Source: an uncultured virus (IMG/VR IMGVR_UViG_3300021131_000004) (lineage: Duplodnaviria > Heunggongvirae > Uroviricota > Caudoviricetes). Taken from it: a stretch of 64,000 bases of DNA. The translations under genes were made by a program, and so were the position numbers. Positions 36,301 through 45,593 of this stretch are shown here, piece after piece; the first letter of the stretch is position 1, and each line of letters begins with the position of its first letter. The DNA is taken from IMG/VR virus record IMGVR_UViG_3300021131_000004. One strand, written 5' to 3'. The notes beneath the pieces are model-generated. The model searched no databases and was not told where the DNA came from. It saw nothing but the letters and a program-made list of their open reading frames with translations.

Positions 36301-39300
36301 AGTCTCTTCCTAAAGGTCAACAGAAAGTAGCACAGGTTGCACATGATGCTATCACTGCATTGAAAGCTAAGTATGATGAGATTGAAAAGAAAAGAGATAA
36401 GATTCAGAAAAATAAAGCTAAGATTGACGCAGAAGAAATCAATAAGCAAACTACCGCTGGTGTAAATCAATCTAAAACATCTGATGTTGAAGATGGTGAT
36501 AAAACAAAGAATACTACTAAGAGTGGAAAAATTAAAAAAAGTTCCGCTGTAAAAGTTTCTGATAGGTTAGATAAGTTAGCCGACTTTATTGAGAATAAAA
36601 ATCTATTAGGAGGTAATCTTCCCGAAGGTACTCAAGCTATGGGTGTGTCAGGTGGTCAAAACTTCAGTAAAGCTGTCGCAGAAAGTATTAGACGTATTGC
36701 ACAAAAAATCAGAAATCTTGAAGGTAAAATTCCTGATCTTATTGATGATGAGGTTAAGTTACTAATCAAAGATGGCCATGATGAAAAACAGGCGAGAGAA
36801 GCTATCAAGAATCAATTGAAACAAGCAGGTATTGAAGATGAAGCAATCAATGCTACGCCAAAGAGAGAGGACTTGATTAATAAAATAGTTGAGCATAGCA
36901 AAAATGCAAAAACACCAAACAAATTATCTAAAGAATCTGTAAAGAAAAATTTAGTTAAGCAGTTGGCTGTTGAAGTTGCATTAAGAGGTGAGCCAGTTGA
37001 ATCAGTTCCTGAAAAAGTAATTTCTTTATTGAAGGAAAAAGGAATTGAATTGGATAGAAATCAATATAATGATGCATTTTTAAGACAAGGTGAATTTAAA
37101 TTAAGCAGAAGTAATGATTTAGCAAATAATGCAAAGAAATTATCTAAAGAATTGACCGAATCAGAGAAGTTATTTACTGAGATGGAAAAATTAGATGAAC
37201 AAATTGCATCTGTTCAAGATACTGGCACAATTGATAAAGACAAGAAAGATATTCCTGAAAAAGTAATAGTACCTAAACTTGCGGAAAAAGAATCTCAATT
37301 AAAAGAGGCAATGATTAAGAAGGGAATTAAATTTGAAAGAGGAAGTAAGGATAGCCAGGCTGCTAAGAGAGGTGTTTTAGCAGCACATAACGAATCGGTA
37401 GAAAGATTTGGAGATAAGATAACTAAGATGCTAGATAATGATGCATTTGGTGATAAAAATGTTGAAGGGTTAAAAGACTTTTTGCGTGGGTTACAGAAAA
37501 AATTATCTCAAAAAGTTGATGCAACTAATTTAGATACGCATATTAAGGAAGCCTCATTAAAAGTTGAAAAAGCAATCAACGAATTTAATCGTGATTGGTT
37601 CAAAGCTGAGAAGAGAGGTGATAAAAGCATGCAAGAAGTACTTGATGATTTAAATAAACTTCACAGAGACATAGAATCTAATGCGAAAAAATCTGCTGAA
37701 AAAATTGCATTAGATAGATTTAAGAAGAGAATGAACAGCGAGATTGATGAATATAATAGAAAGAAAAATGCAGGGGAGTTTGATGATACTAAAGGTGTCA
37801 CAGAATTAAAAAAAGATGCTGATGCGTATAGGCTAGAAGATGAAAAAGAATTAGCAAAAGTTGAATTTATGAGAGCCTTAGATGCTTATAAAAACGAAAA
37901 GGCAAAAGATTCTACTTGGGGTAAAATATATTTATTTGTACATGGTGTTCGTTCTGTTACAGGACGTATGATTGTATCTGGACTTGGTAATATTCAAGCA
38001 AAACTTATTGGTTCTTCTGCAACAAGAAGGGTAACTCCATTATCAAGAGCATTAGCACATCTCTATACAAAAAGGTTAGGATTAGAAGGTTCAGTTGTTC
38101 AGCAATCTACTAATTCAAAAGCAATGTGGAGGGGATATAAAGAAACGATAATTGGGTCTAGTGAGAAAAAAGCTATGGCAGCTATTGAAAAAAGCAGAGA
38201 GAATGTGTATGCGGCTAATGATAAATTAGCTGAAGCTCAAGATAAATATAGAGAGTTAATTGAATCTGGAGATAAAGAAGCGGCAAATAAATTTAAAAAC
38301 ACTGAGTTGGCAAAGGCTAGAAATGAATATAATTTAGCGGCTATGGATGATTCTATTAATTTTATGTACACTAAGATGCATACGAATCCTTGGAGAGGTA
38401 GGGCATACATTTTTGAAAAAGGTCTATCTAAGCAAGAAGAAGATAGTGGCATGTTTGGTAAAAGAGAATCTATAGGTGATGTCATGAAAGATAATTCTCC
38501 TGTAGATTTTGGTAACGATACTAATAAATTTAATGCAGCGGTTAAGAAAACAGGAAGTAGAGTATCTAAGATAATTAGAGCCGGATTATTCTATGCTAAT
38601 ATGACTACTCGTTCACACTCTGTATGGAAAGATATTCCAGCTAGACAGGCGATGGTAGAAGGATATATGAAGAGATTAGAGAAAGCTCAAAATGACGGAG
38701 AAGATATTTCTAACTATGAAGTAAAAGCAAGGCTGTGGCATGAAGCAGTTGCAACTGATGGACAAGAAGCTAAGTTTCAAGATAAAAATAAAGCAGTTGA
38801 TATAACAAGAGATATTCAAAGTGCAATTGGTAAGGGTATATTAAAAGCAGGAGGGAATGAATATGCAGCTAAAACAGTTGATGAGTTAGCGTACATGACT
38901 ACTCAGGTATTAAAAGTTCCTATGAATATCGCTAAGGTTAAGGTATTTCAATATGGGTTAGGAACTATTATGGGAACATTTGACGCACTTGCTCAAAGAA
39001 GTAATGCTAAAAAAGCAGGGCTTGGATTTGCAGAATACATGAAGACAATTGATCCTAAATATTCTGATAGGATTATTAATTCATTAGCTAAAGGAACTGT
39101 AGGTATTGCATCGAGTATTTTAGTAGGTGCAATGACGATGAATGGTCAATATGTCTCTGGAGGTAGTTATCCTGATCCTAAGAAAAAAAATGTCCCGACA
39201 AATGAAGGTCCTCAAGATTTAGAATACGGAGATATTGTAATACTAGGACATAAATTACCGCATTTACTTGCAGTAGCATGGGGTCACACTCCACTTGGAT

Positions 39301-39749
39301 ATACAATGGAAATGGGGAATTTTATTACTGAAGAGGCAATGAAGGCTGGTGATAAAGGAGAGTCATTTGTAGAGAGGTGGATGGATGGTTTAATGGAAGC
39401 AGGAAAAGCAACTATATCTGAAGTGCCTTTAATAATACCAATCAGAAGAGAAAGAGATTATAAAACAGGAGAGACTGTTATGAGGGCACACAATCCGTTT
39501 GCTTCATTAGGCTATTTCGGTGCAGTTAAAGATATTGAATCAGGGTATCAAAATTTAGTTCAAAGTCCAGAAGAAAGAACTAAATATGCAAAAACATATC
39601 AGATGAGTACTATGGAAGGAATATTCTGGAGAAGTGGAATGTTATGGATGGTGCCTACTCAAGATGAGGCAGAAGCAAGAAAAGCTACTGAAGAAGCTGA
39701 AAAAGAAAACAGGGCACAAGAATTTAAAAGTAATCATCCTAACTATTAA
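33297..39749 (+). CDS. Giant polyvalent ejection protein with SAM-lyase-like and RelA/SpoT nucleotidyltransferase-like domains (2150 aa)
   Basis: GSWHGTAEPS...GEKYSQDAIIL; IKRATRASVK, LGDAARVNII, LGYPKRLIEV, AEIQVMT, GHYFYEINR; long helical C-terminal region. Confidence 0.7.
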   Translation: MPIDCFDKHYPRAKQQFTDRIKDGMSELEQRQEGLKIAEELQKQLNDDVNAFKQKIGKDPKEYKSTDKSAKVEGIKSEYDTKIKELSSPKTKTDGKDQKSSTEKSSQENASQKGNEKGGTSKGDVIVPPTRDDLTPIIKVGGKEYTGYDHGEAMKSAIAAGEKIPSPDTPEGKKWRMENGMFKDNDGNLLTRDQTQDKYGISHSEQLLPGREVPIYARNVSALITPATVRAFDKLTARMKKMSVKYDELVAEMNKKPSDKILSKIRTLERQILGEAKKEIVAAIEKIKGVGVMFKDDNMGSWHGTAEPSLNMFLKIEADADTQALSDFIHEFGEKYSQDAIILETQSEHHNDVISGKKDIPLSDFDGKFLHYPQKLIKFAKDLTADQIAKLSNSLRSKGVNEFSLNSKELKVSIITELSDEQKKLSDDEQYKIKLDDYNSKNIATSEAVNALGSNGGVEQTIRYRKSKYEGGKTTGEGGQQRKYDRSDIFKDFSEEVKDTQVLGKELGILRDKQISLQEKGKDLTPKEKERLDELTKKVQPIVEETFQTREREFEKAKEEVESIAAKAIKGIQGFVSKFPIKRATRASVKTLRWYSADPSKLGDAARVNIIAPDLKTSNEVFNKINKENAVDADLRRINEPTDLGYPKRLIEVRTSSGAIAEIQVMTPEGYLAKDGVKDFPEAERGFAKKQLDKIREKLGWNIPDGVGHYFYEINRDFNVPENIREEAKRLSNQYYDAMLRPEESKISGEQFQKDLDKFRESVDKADKTGWDTGNEGKIPETAKEFLKEKVEKSEEKQTALDQEDAVDHEDPLQVSLQRDALIQRVQDEFFKPENGSRSIGDDVVMNGAIKTLSREAVDAGKSILNHLADKVKKWDNELFNPTTGERRVDGNGRFVQKVLTDEELAMLGVHSLELEKKIREAKFEPGVEMDNAALGALLGEQEQLQRLTAAVTEAAGRGFRFIQQIYSFGDKGEYNLHVKLAEQLVGSKIPLDEAEFKSFKESLPKGQQKVAQVAHDAITALKAKYDEIEKKRDKIQKNKAKIDAEEINKQTTAGVNQSKTSDVEDGDKTKNTTKSGKIKKSSAVKVSDRLDKLADFIENKNLLGGNLPEGTQAMGVSGGQNFSKAVAESIRRIAQKIRNLEGKIPDLIDDEVKLLIKDGHDEKQAREAIKNQLKQAGIEDEAINATPKREDLINKIVEHSKNAKTPNKLSKESVKKNLVKQLAVEVALRGEPVESVPEKVISLLKEKGIELDRNQYNDAFLRQGEFKLSRSNDLANNAKKLSKELTESEKLFTEMEKLDEQIASVQDTGTIDKDKKDIPEKVIVPKLAEKESQLKEAMIKKGIKFERGSKDSQAAKRGVLAAHNESVERFGDKITKMLDNDAFGDKNVEGLKDFLRGLQKKLSQKVDATNLDTHIKEASLKVEKAINEFNRDWFKAEKRGDKSMQEVLDDLNKLHRDIESNAKKSAEKIALDRFKKRMNSEIDEYNRKKNAGEFDDTKGVTELKKDADAYRLEDEKELAKVEFMRALDAYKNEKAKDSTWGKIYLFVHGVRSVTGRMIVSGLGNIQAKLIGSSATRRVTPLSRALAHLYTKRLGLEGSVVQQSTNSKAMWRGYKETIIGSSEKKAMAAIEKSRENVYAANDKLAEAQDKYRELIESGDKEAANKFKNTELAKARNEYNLAAMDDSINFMYTKMHTNPWRGRAYIFEKGLSKQEEDSGMFGKRESIGDVMKDNSPVDFGNDTNKFNAAVKKTGSRVSKIIRAGLFYANMTTRSHSVWKDIPARQAMVEGYMKRLEKAQNDGEDISNYEVKARLWHEAVATDGQEAKFQDKNKAVDITRDIQSAIGKGILKAGGNEYAAKTVDELAYMTTQVLKVPMNIAKVKVFQYGLGTIMGTFDALAQRSNAKKAGLGFAEYMKTIDPKYSDRIINSLAKGTVGIASSILVGAMTMNGQYVSGGSYPDPKKKNVPTNEGPQDLEYGDIVILGHKLPHLLAVAWGHTPLGYTMEMGNFITEEAMKAGDKGESFVERWMDGLMEAGKATISEVPLIIPIRRERDYKTGETVMRAHNPFASLGYFGAVKDIESGYQNLVQSPEERTKYAKTYQMSTMEGIFWRSGMLWMVPTQDEAEARKATEEAEKENRAQEFKSNHPNY
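33577..33672 (+). CDS. Nested +1-frame histone-H1/Hc1-like peptide (31 aa)
   Basis: MAKTKKAAPKKAAKKMPPKKAMKKAAPPKGM preceded by AAAACAAAAACAG. Confidence 0.65.
   Translation: MAKTKKAAPKKAAKKMPPKKAMKKAAPPKGM
34603..34788 (+). CDS. Nested +1-frame small protein (61 aa)
   Basis: In ORF track; leader AATATAAAATAAAACTAG; host-frame codons shift to C-ending across this interval. Confidence 0.45.
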   Translation: MTTTQKTSQPVKRLTHSEAMAESNRLLGIVSPSTKEGKQPEKEDSNANTIEVTFLRTSQKK

Positions 39750-39751
39750 TT

Positions 39752-40318
39752 ATGATACTACTATCTGCACACAAAGACACTATAATGAACCACTACAACT
39801 TATCATTCAAGGATGGTAAGTTTGTTGGTTTATTGGATAATATGATTGGTATGTTGGCCGTCAATTCTTTAATTACTGAAGACCCAAGTATTTCATACCT
39901 GGAAAAACAAAATAAAGTAGGTGTTTTCTTTGGTAGTTTTGAAGAGTGGGGATTGGATCATGACTTTCCTAAGTTGACAAAAAAGGATTTGGTTATTGTT
40001 GTTGATGTATGCATCGGTAAGCAGTATGATAAGTATGATTTCTCTATGGAGAATATTCATGGTATACCAGCGCATAAAATCAATGAAGTGGTGGAAAATT
40101 TAGAGTGGGAAGGATTTAAGGTGCTGAAGAAAAAGTATACCGGAAAGATTGAAGATGAGGATGAGGCATTCAAGTGGGTGAAGAAAGGAATACCAGTATT
40201 AAGTTTTATTATTCCAATAGAAGGAGAATCATGGCATCAAGATAACTGCTCTATTTCTGTTGAGAAATTTAATAAGTGTAAACAAGGTCTGAGAAGGGCC
40301 ATTAATTATTTATTATGA
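39752..40318 (+). CDS. M28/M20-like zinc peptidase
   Basis: SAHKD, LDN..G, FEEWG, VVDV, C-terminal WH. Confidence 0.75.
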   Translation: MILLSAHKDTIMNHYNLSFKDGKFVGLLDNMIGMLAVNSLITEDPSISYLEKQNKVGVFFGSFEEWGLDHDFPKLTKKDLVIVVDVCIGKQYDKYDFSMENIHGIPAHKINEVVENLEWEGFKVLKKKYTGKIEDEDEAFKWVKKGIPVLSFIIPIEGESWHQDNCSISVEKFNKCKQGLRRAINYLL

Positions 40319-42594
40319 TCGATAAGTATAATTTAAAGTCAAAAACAGTACTCGTATTCGATTTTGGCTCACAGGTTGCCGTAGCTCAGAGGCTTAGTCG
40401 TGACTTCGGTAGAGTTTTATATTATATTCCAAGTGTCATCAATGGATTTAAAGACCATAAGGCTCATAGTATTGGTAGGGGAATATCTGGCATTGAAAGA
40501 GTAGATGATTTTTGGGGGTATATTCATGAAATTGACTTAGTGGTATTCACTGATATTTATGAAGGTCCATTACAGGATTATTTACGATTTATAGGTAAGC
40601 CTATATTTGGTGGAGGTAGGGCAAGCGAATTAGAAAGTGAAAGACTTAAGTTTAAAGAGCTAATTGCCGCTATCGGACTTAATGTAAATCATTATGATGT
40701 TGCATTTGGGCTAACGGAACTAGATAAAAAATTACAGAGTGCAGAGAATAAATTTATAAAATCGAAACTTCGAGGTGATATGGAAACTTTTCATCATACG
40801 AATTATACTTTATCTCAGACTGAATTGCGTAGGATGAAGCATGATATGGGAGTTTATGCTGAAAAAGAAACTTACATTATTGAAAGCCCTATTGAAGCCA
40901 TTGCGGAATGTTATGATAAAGAAACTGAAGTTTTAACTAAAGATGGGTGGGTGTTATTTAAGGATGTGAAATATTCTGATTTAATCGCAACAATGAATCC
41001 TATTTCTAAAAAATTAGAGTATCAACATCCAATAAATATAATAAAAAGGTATTCTAAGGATATTTGCTATATCAAGGCTCAAAAAATAGATTTTGCTGTA
41101 ACAGAAAATCATAATATGGCTTTAGTAAGAGCTAATAATAGAAGAATAGGGATAGATAAAATAGAGTTAATAAAGGTATCTGATATTAGTAATGGGCAAT
41201 TTACTATAATTAATAGTTGTGTATGGGAAGGAGAAGAAAAGTTATTTTTTAATATAGGAGAAAGAAAGTTAAGTATGGATATGTGGCTTAATTTTCTAGG
41301 ATGGTTTATGTCTGATGGATGTCTAAATGATTACAGAGGCCATGAAGTATTTTCGATATCACAATCATTTTCCAATAACGAACAAAGAGACATGATTGAT
41401 GATGTTTTAAATTCAATTGGCTTTAAATATAATAAAAATGGTAGTAATTATAGAATATACGATAAAGAAGTATATTATGAACTATTAAAATATGGAAGGT
41501 ATAAAAAAGATAGAAGAGTTCCTGATTATATTAAGAATTTATCTTCAAGGCAAATAGGTATTTACCTTGAAGCTTATTGGCAAGGAGATGGGACATTAGA
41601 AAGTAATGGGGTGACAAAATCTTATTGTATTGGCGTTAATGAAAAAATGGCTGATGATGTTCAAGAGTTAATTATAAAAAATGGTGGCAACGGTGCAAAA
41701 TTAAAAAAGAAGCCAATGGGAATACATAAATATGCTGGCAGAATAATAGATAGTAAGCAAGAGACATTTATAGTTTCTTCTCATAAAAATACCAATCAAA
41801 TAGTAACTAAAAATCAAATTAAAAAAGAAAGGTATGATGATTTTGTTTATTGCGTAAATGTTCCTAATCATATAATAATGGTTAGGAGAAATGGCAGAAG
41901 TTCATGGTGTGGGAATTGTGGGTATGATGGGTATTGTATAGATGGTTTATTTCCAGAAATTAGCGTATCTGGAATAGAAATTAAAGATGCTGGTTACATA
42001 GGGAAAATGATTCGATACGATAGGCTTCCTAAACAAATTACAGAGGTGAACGATAAATTCGCTCCAATCCTTAATACTTATGGGTATAGATCCGCATTTA
42101 GTACTGAGATTCGTATTGATGATAAAAAAGACGGATATTTTATTGATCCAACACTTCGCCTGCCAGAGCCTAATACAGCATTAACTCTTGAGATGTATGA
42201 CAATTACTCTGAAATTATATGGGACGTTGCTAATGGTAAAATTCCTAATATTAAGTGGTCGTATGAATGGGGATGTGAATTTATAATAAAGTCAGATCTT
42301 GCAAAAACAGAACCTATTGCATTTCAATTCCCTGATCAGTACAAAAAATACATTAAAATTAAAAATTTAGTAATTGATGATAAGGGGGTATATTGGTATG
42401 TGCCAAACAACGTAGAAATGGCAGAAGTTGGTGCTGTTGTAGGATTAGGAAGAACGATGGAACTAGCTGTTAAGATGGCTACGGAAGTTGCAAATTCGAT
42501 TAAAGGATTTGACATAAAAATAAAAACAGATTGTATTGAAGACGCAAGCAAGCAAATTAAGGACTTAAGAAAAAATGGGATAAACTTTTTATGA
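40315..42594 (+). CDS. PurD-like ATP-grasp ligase interrupted by an intein
   Basis: ELESER..FK, YIIE.PI...E, G.EIKD, STE.R, FIDPT.R.P.P. Confidence 0.8.
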   Translation: MIDKYNLKSKTVLVFDFGSQVAVAQRLSRDFGRVLYYIPSVINGFKDHKAHSIGRGISGIERVDDFWGYIHEIDLVVFTDIYEGPLQDYLRFIGKPIFGGGRASELESERLKFKELIAAIGLNVNHYDVAFGLTELDKKLQSAENKFIKSKLRGDMETFHHTNYTLSQTELRRMKHDMGVYAEKETYIIESPIEAIAECYDKETEVLTKDGWVLFKDVKYSDLIATMNPISKKLEYQHPINIIKRYSKDICYIKAQKIDFAVTENHNMALVRANNRRIGIDKIELIKVSDISNGQFTIINSCVWEGEEKLFFNIGERKLSMDMWLNFLGWFMSDGCLNDYRGHEVFSISQSFSNNEQRDMIDDVLNSIGFKYNKNGSNYRIYDKEVYYELLKYGRYKKDRRVPDYIKNLSSRQIGIYLEAYWQGDGTLESNGVTKSYCIGVNEKMADDVQELIIKNGGNGAKLKKKPMGIHKYAGRIIDSKQETFIVSSHKNTNQIVTKNQIKKERYDDFVYCVNVPNHIIMVRRNGRSSWCGNCGYDGYCIDGLFPEISVSGIEIKDAGYIGKMIRYDRLPKQITEVNDKFAPILNTYGYRSAFSTEIRIDDKKDGYFIDPTLRLPEPNTALTLEMYDNYSEIIWDVANGKIPNIKWSYEWGCEFIIKSDLAKTEPIAFQFPDQYKKYIKIKNLVIDDKGVYWYVPNNVEMAEVGAVVGLGRTMELAVKMATEVANSIKGFDIKIKTDCIEDASKQIKDLRKNGINFL
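40909..41916 (+). mobile_element. Intein (336 aa) with LAGLIDADG homing endonuclease
   Basis: Starts CYDKETEVLT.DGW; VT.NH block B; FLGWFMSDG and YLEAYWQGDG; ends VYCVNVPNH...RRNG....CGN followed by Cys+1. Confidence 0.93.
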
Positions 42595-43247
42595 CAAATG
42601 TGTACGCATCCATAATATCATTTGAATCAACTGCTGGATTTGATGATTATCTTAAACGTATCCACATCATGGATATTTTCAAAGATGTATTTGAATCGTT
42701 TCCGCAACATGCACTTAAAATTGTTAAGTTCATTTTGTACGCATATTCTACAGAAAGCGAGATGCTTGTTCTTGCAGGTAGTACCTGGTCGAAAACATCT
42801 GAAAAAATATACAATAAGGTTGGATTAGATCCTGAAGTATTAGATGTTGATATGCTTCTTGAACATGAGAGTACACGTAGTGCTATCAATCGTTGGTTAC
42901 AATTTCAAAACGAAGAGAACTGGACTCAGTACATTACATTCAGAGATTTACGTTCTCAGTACCTCGAAGCTGCATTATTTCCACTACCAAAATACAAGAG
43001 TGTTGTAAAGGGAGAAGAGGGTATTATGATTGACCCAAATACTGATGCGTATGCTCGGATGAATAACATGATCCAGGCCAAGATGAATGCCGCAGAGAAT
43101 AGTAAGAAGTTGCTTGATATGATGAAAGAGGCATTAGAGAAATTCATTCAGAAACATCCTAAGTTAAAAGATAGTGTAACTGCATTAGATAAGGCAGGAG
43201 TAAAGAGGCATACAACATCTGTAGAAGATTTTATTAAAGAAACGTAA
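42591..43247 (+). CDS. Hypothetical protein, possible terminase small subunit
   Basis: Helical 218 aa, coupled directly upstream of terminase large subunit. Confidence 0.5.
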   Translation: MTNVYASIISFESTAGFDDYLKRIHIMDIFKDVFESFPQHALKIVKFILYAYSTESEMLVLAGSTWSKTSEKIYNKVGLDPEVLDVDMLLEHESTRSAINRWLQFQNEENWTQYITFRDLRSQYLEAALFPLPKYKSVVKGEEGIMIDPNTDAYARMNNMIQAKMNAAENSKKLLDMMKEALEKFIQKHPKLKDSVTALDKAGVKRHTTSVEDFIKET

Positions 43248-45553
43248 TGGCAACTGCAAAATTAAAATATCAGCAGAAAATAATGGTTGGTGAGCATGAG
43301 TGTACTCGTCCACCACTTCCTAAAGACACGAAGGAAATACTTTTCTATGATCAGCCATCTGATAAAGCTTTTTGGTTAAGATTAGATTTACCTGCCGTGT
43401 TTAATTTATTTGTACCTAATTATACTGAGCTGTATCAAGAGGCAACACTGTATGATGAGAAGGGTATTGCCAAGAGTTTCAATAAAGAGGATAGTGATTT
43501 ATTTATTGCGACTGTTAAGCAAGAATTGTATAGAAGAGAGAATGGAATTTTTTTCAGAAATGGCGATGAGATAGAATGGATTACTGGTCATCATTACTGG
43601 ACTTTGCAATATTGTAAGGTATATGGTAAAGACACTCGGTACGATAAATTTGTAAAAATTTATGGAGACCATATACCTAGAGAAACCTATTCGAGGTTGT
43701 ATATGGAGTATGGTTATTTCTATAAGTACCAACGTGATTTATTTTTATTGATTGATAAGGTTAATAAAGATGATGAGTGCCTAGGTGCTGATATTTCTAA
43801 AGCTAAAAAAACAGGTGTTACATTTTTATTTGCGTGTTACAAATTAAATAAGGCTACGCTGTATAAGATGCAGCAGTTGGGTGTGATGTCGAAGAAGCAG
43901 GATGATGCTATTGACACGAACATGATGTACTTCTTCTATGCCTACGAAGGTCTCCCAAACATATTCAAACCAAATATTCAAACACTTGCTAAGGCGAGTG
44001 GAGAGATTGTATTTGGTGCTAAAACATTTACAGGTACATCAGCACAAAAATCTGCGTTGAATAATTTGATGCAGGACAAGGCACTTAACTCAAGAGTATT
44101 TACGGCCCCTACAAAGCCAAAAGGTTTTGATGCTCCGAAGATGAGTGATGTTGAGTTGGATGAGTTTAATAAAATGTTTGCAGAGAGTCATGAGCACCCT
44201 AAAGAGATTTTTGATACCAACAAGGCTACTGTAAAAATGCAGGATGATATCACCGGTAAAATGTGGTTATTCGGTTACGTGTCTGAGGTGAATGATGAGG
44301 GTGTAGATGAAGCGAGAAAAATATACTTCGATAGTAAGCTTTCTACAAGGGGTAATGGTAAAAGAACAAAGAGTGAGTTATGGTGCTTTCACGTATCATC
44401 ACTTAACTCTTATTTGAGTTTGATAGATAAGTATGGTGAGTGTGATGAGAAAGAGGCGAACAAAAGAATTGAAGAGGCATTGGATCGTGCAAAGGGTGAA
44501 CCAAAGACACACCAATCCATCAAAAGACAACTTGCTCGTAATGAAAAAGAGGCATGGTCTGTCGGTGGTACATCATCAACATTTAACGTAAAGGATCTTG
44601 CAGAACATTTAGTGAATCTTCAGGAAGAGTTGAGTAATAGTCCATTCCCTCCTGGTATTCCATTCGATTTAAGATGGGAGATAGATTTATGGGAAAGAGG
44701 CAAGAAAGACAGAAGACCCAAAGGTAAATTTTGTCCAGTTAAAATTGTGTACTTAACACCTGAAGATATTCTTGATGGGAAAGAGGCAAAGTTTAGATTG
44801 TACACTAAAATACCAAAGGATAGAGAGAACCTCGCACTTAAATTCGGCACAGATGACAATGGTAATTTATTGCCTCCAGATAGATTTGATAGCGTAACGG
44901 GAATTGACCCTACAAACTACGCGTCAGGAGCTGAGGTTGTGCAAGGATCTAAAAATGCGATGATATCAATCAACTTCCATTCTGAGGTCGAGAATACCAA
45001 AGCAAATGCTATAGCAACTAAAATTATCATTGCTGATTATTATTTCCGTCCAGACAATCCAACAGAGACCTATGAGGACATGCTGAAGTGGATTATTTTC
45101 ACCGGAACTCTAGCATTAGTGGAAGGTAACGCATCGTTCATGGCCACTAAACTTATTGAAGAGGGATTGATAAACTACATGATAGTTAGAAATAAGGAAA
45201 AGGTAATCTGTCTTGGTAAATCATGGATGAAACTTGGCGAAGATTGCAATCTAATCAGAAGAACAGCAAATGCAGACCAAAATGATATCCTTGAGACCTT
45301 AGTTAGAGTTATTACGCATTACATTGAAGTAGTAGAAGGCGAGATTAACTATTTGGCTTTAATTAAGATTATTAAGGTCATAGAGCAGCTTATTTCCTTT
45401 GACCCTAAAGATACTAGGACAAGTGACTATGTGATGGCTCTAGGGTACTGTCTGTTAGCCTACGAGATACTTCATGCCTCCTTATTCGAGAATAATGACG
45501 ATTATGGCAATTTGAACTACTATGGGGCTATTCTAAACACATTAGCCATGTAA
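43247..45553 (+). CDS. terL: Terminase large subunit (crAss-like type)
   Basis: ITGHHYW.LQ, Walker A-like KAKKTGVT, LDE Walker B, GIDP, Y..RP, LVEGN, D.VMA.G nuclease motifs. Confidence 0.85.
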   Translation: MATAKLKYQQKIMVGEHECTRPPLPKDTKEILFYDQPSDKAFWLRLDLPAVFNLFVPNYTELYQEATLYDEKGIAKSFNKEDSDLFIATVKQELYRRENGIFFRNGDEIEWITGHHYWTLQYCKVYGKDTRYDKFVKIYGDHIPRETYSRLYMEYGYFYKYQRDLFLLIDKVNKDDECLGADISKAKKTGVTFLFACYKLNKATLYKMQQLGVMSKKQDDAIDTNMMYFFYAYEGLPNIFKPNIQTLAKASGEIVFGAKTFTGTSAQKSALNNLMQDKALNSRVFTAPTKPKGFDAPKMSDVELDEFNKMFAESHEHPKEIFDTNKATVKMQDDITGKMWLFGYVSEVNDEGVDEARKIYFDSKLSTRGNGKRTKSELWCFHVSSLNSYLSLIDKYGECDEKEANKRIEEALDRAKGEPKTHQSIKRQLARNEKEAWSVGGTSSTFNVKDLAEHLVNLQEELSNSPFPPGIPFDLRWEIDLWERGKKDRRPKGKFCPVKIVYLTPEDILDGKEAKFRLYTKIPKDRENLALKFGTDDNGNLLPPDRFDSVTGIDPTNYASGAEVVQGSKNAMISINFHSEVENTKANAIATKIIIADYYFRPDNPTETYEDMLKWIIFTGTLALVEGNASFMATKLIEEGLINYMIVRNKEKVICLGKSWMKLGEDCNLIRRTANADQNDILETLVRVITHYIEVVEGEINYLALIKIIKVIEQLISFDPKDTRTSDYVMALGYCLLAYEILHASLFENNDDYGNLNYYGAILNTLAM

Positions 45554-45593
45554 TACGAAAAAAATGCTAAATTTGGCTATATATTTTTAAATC

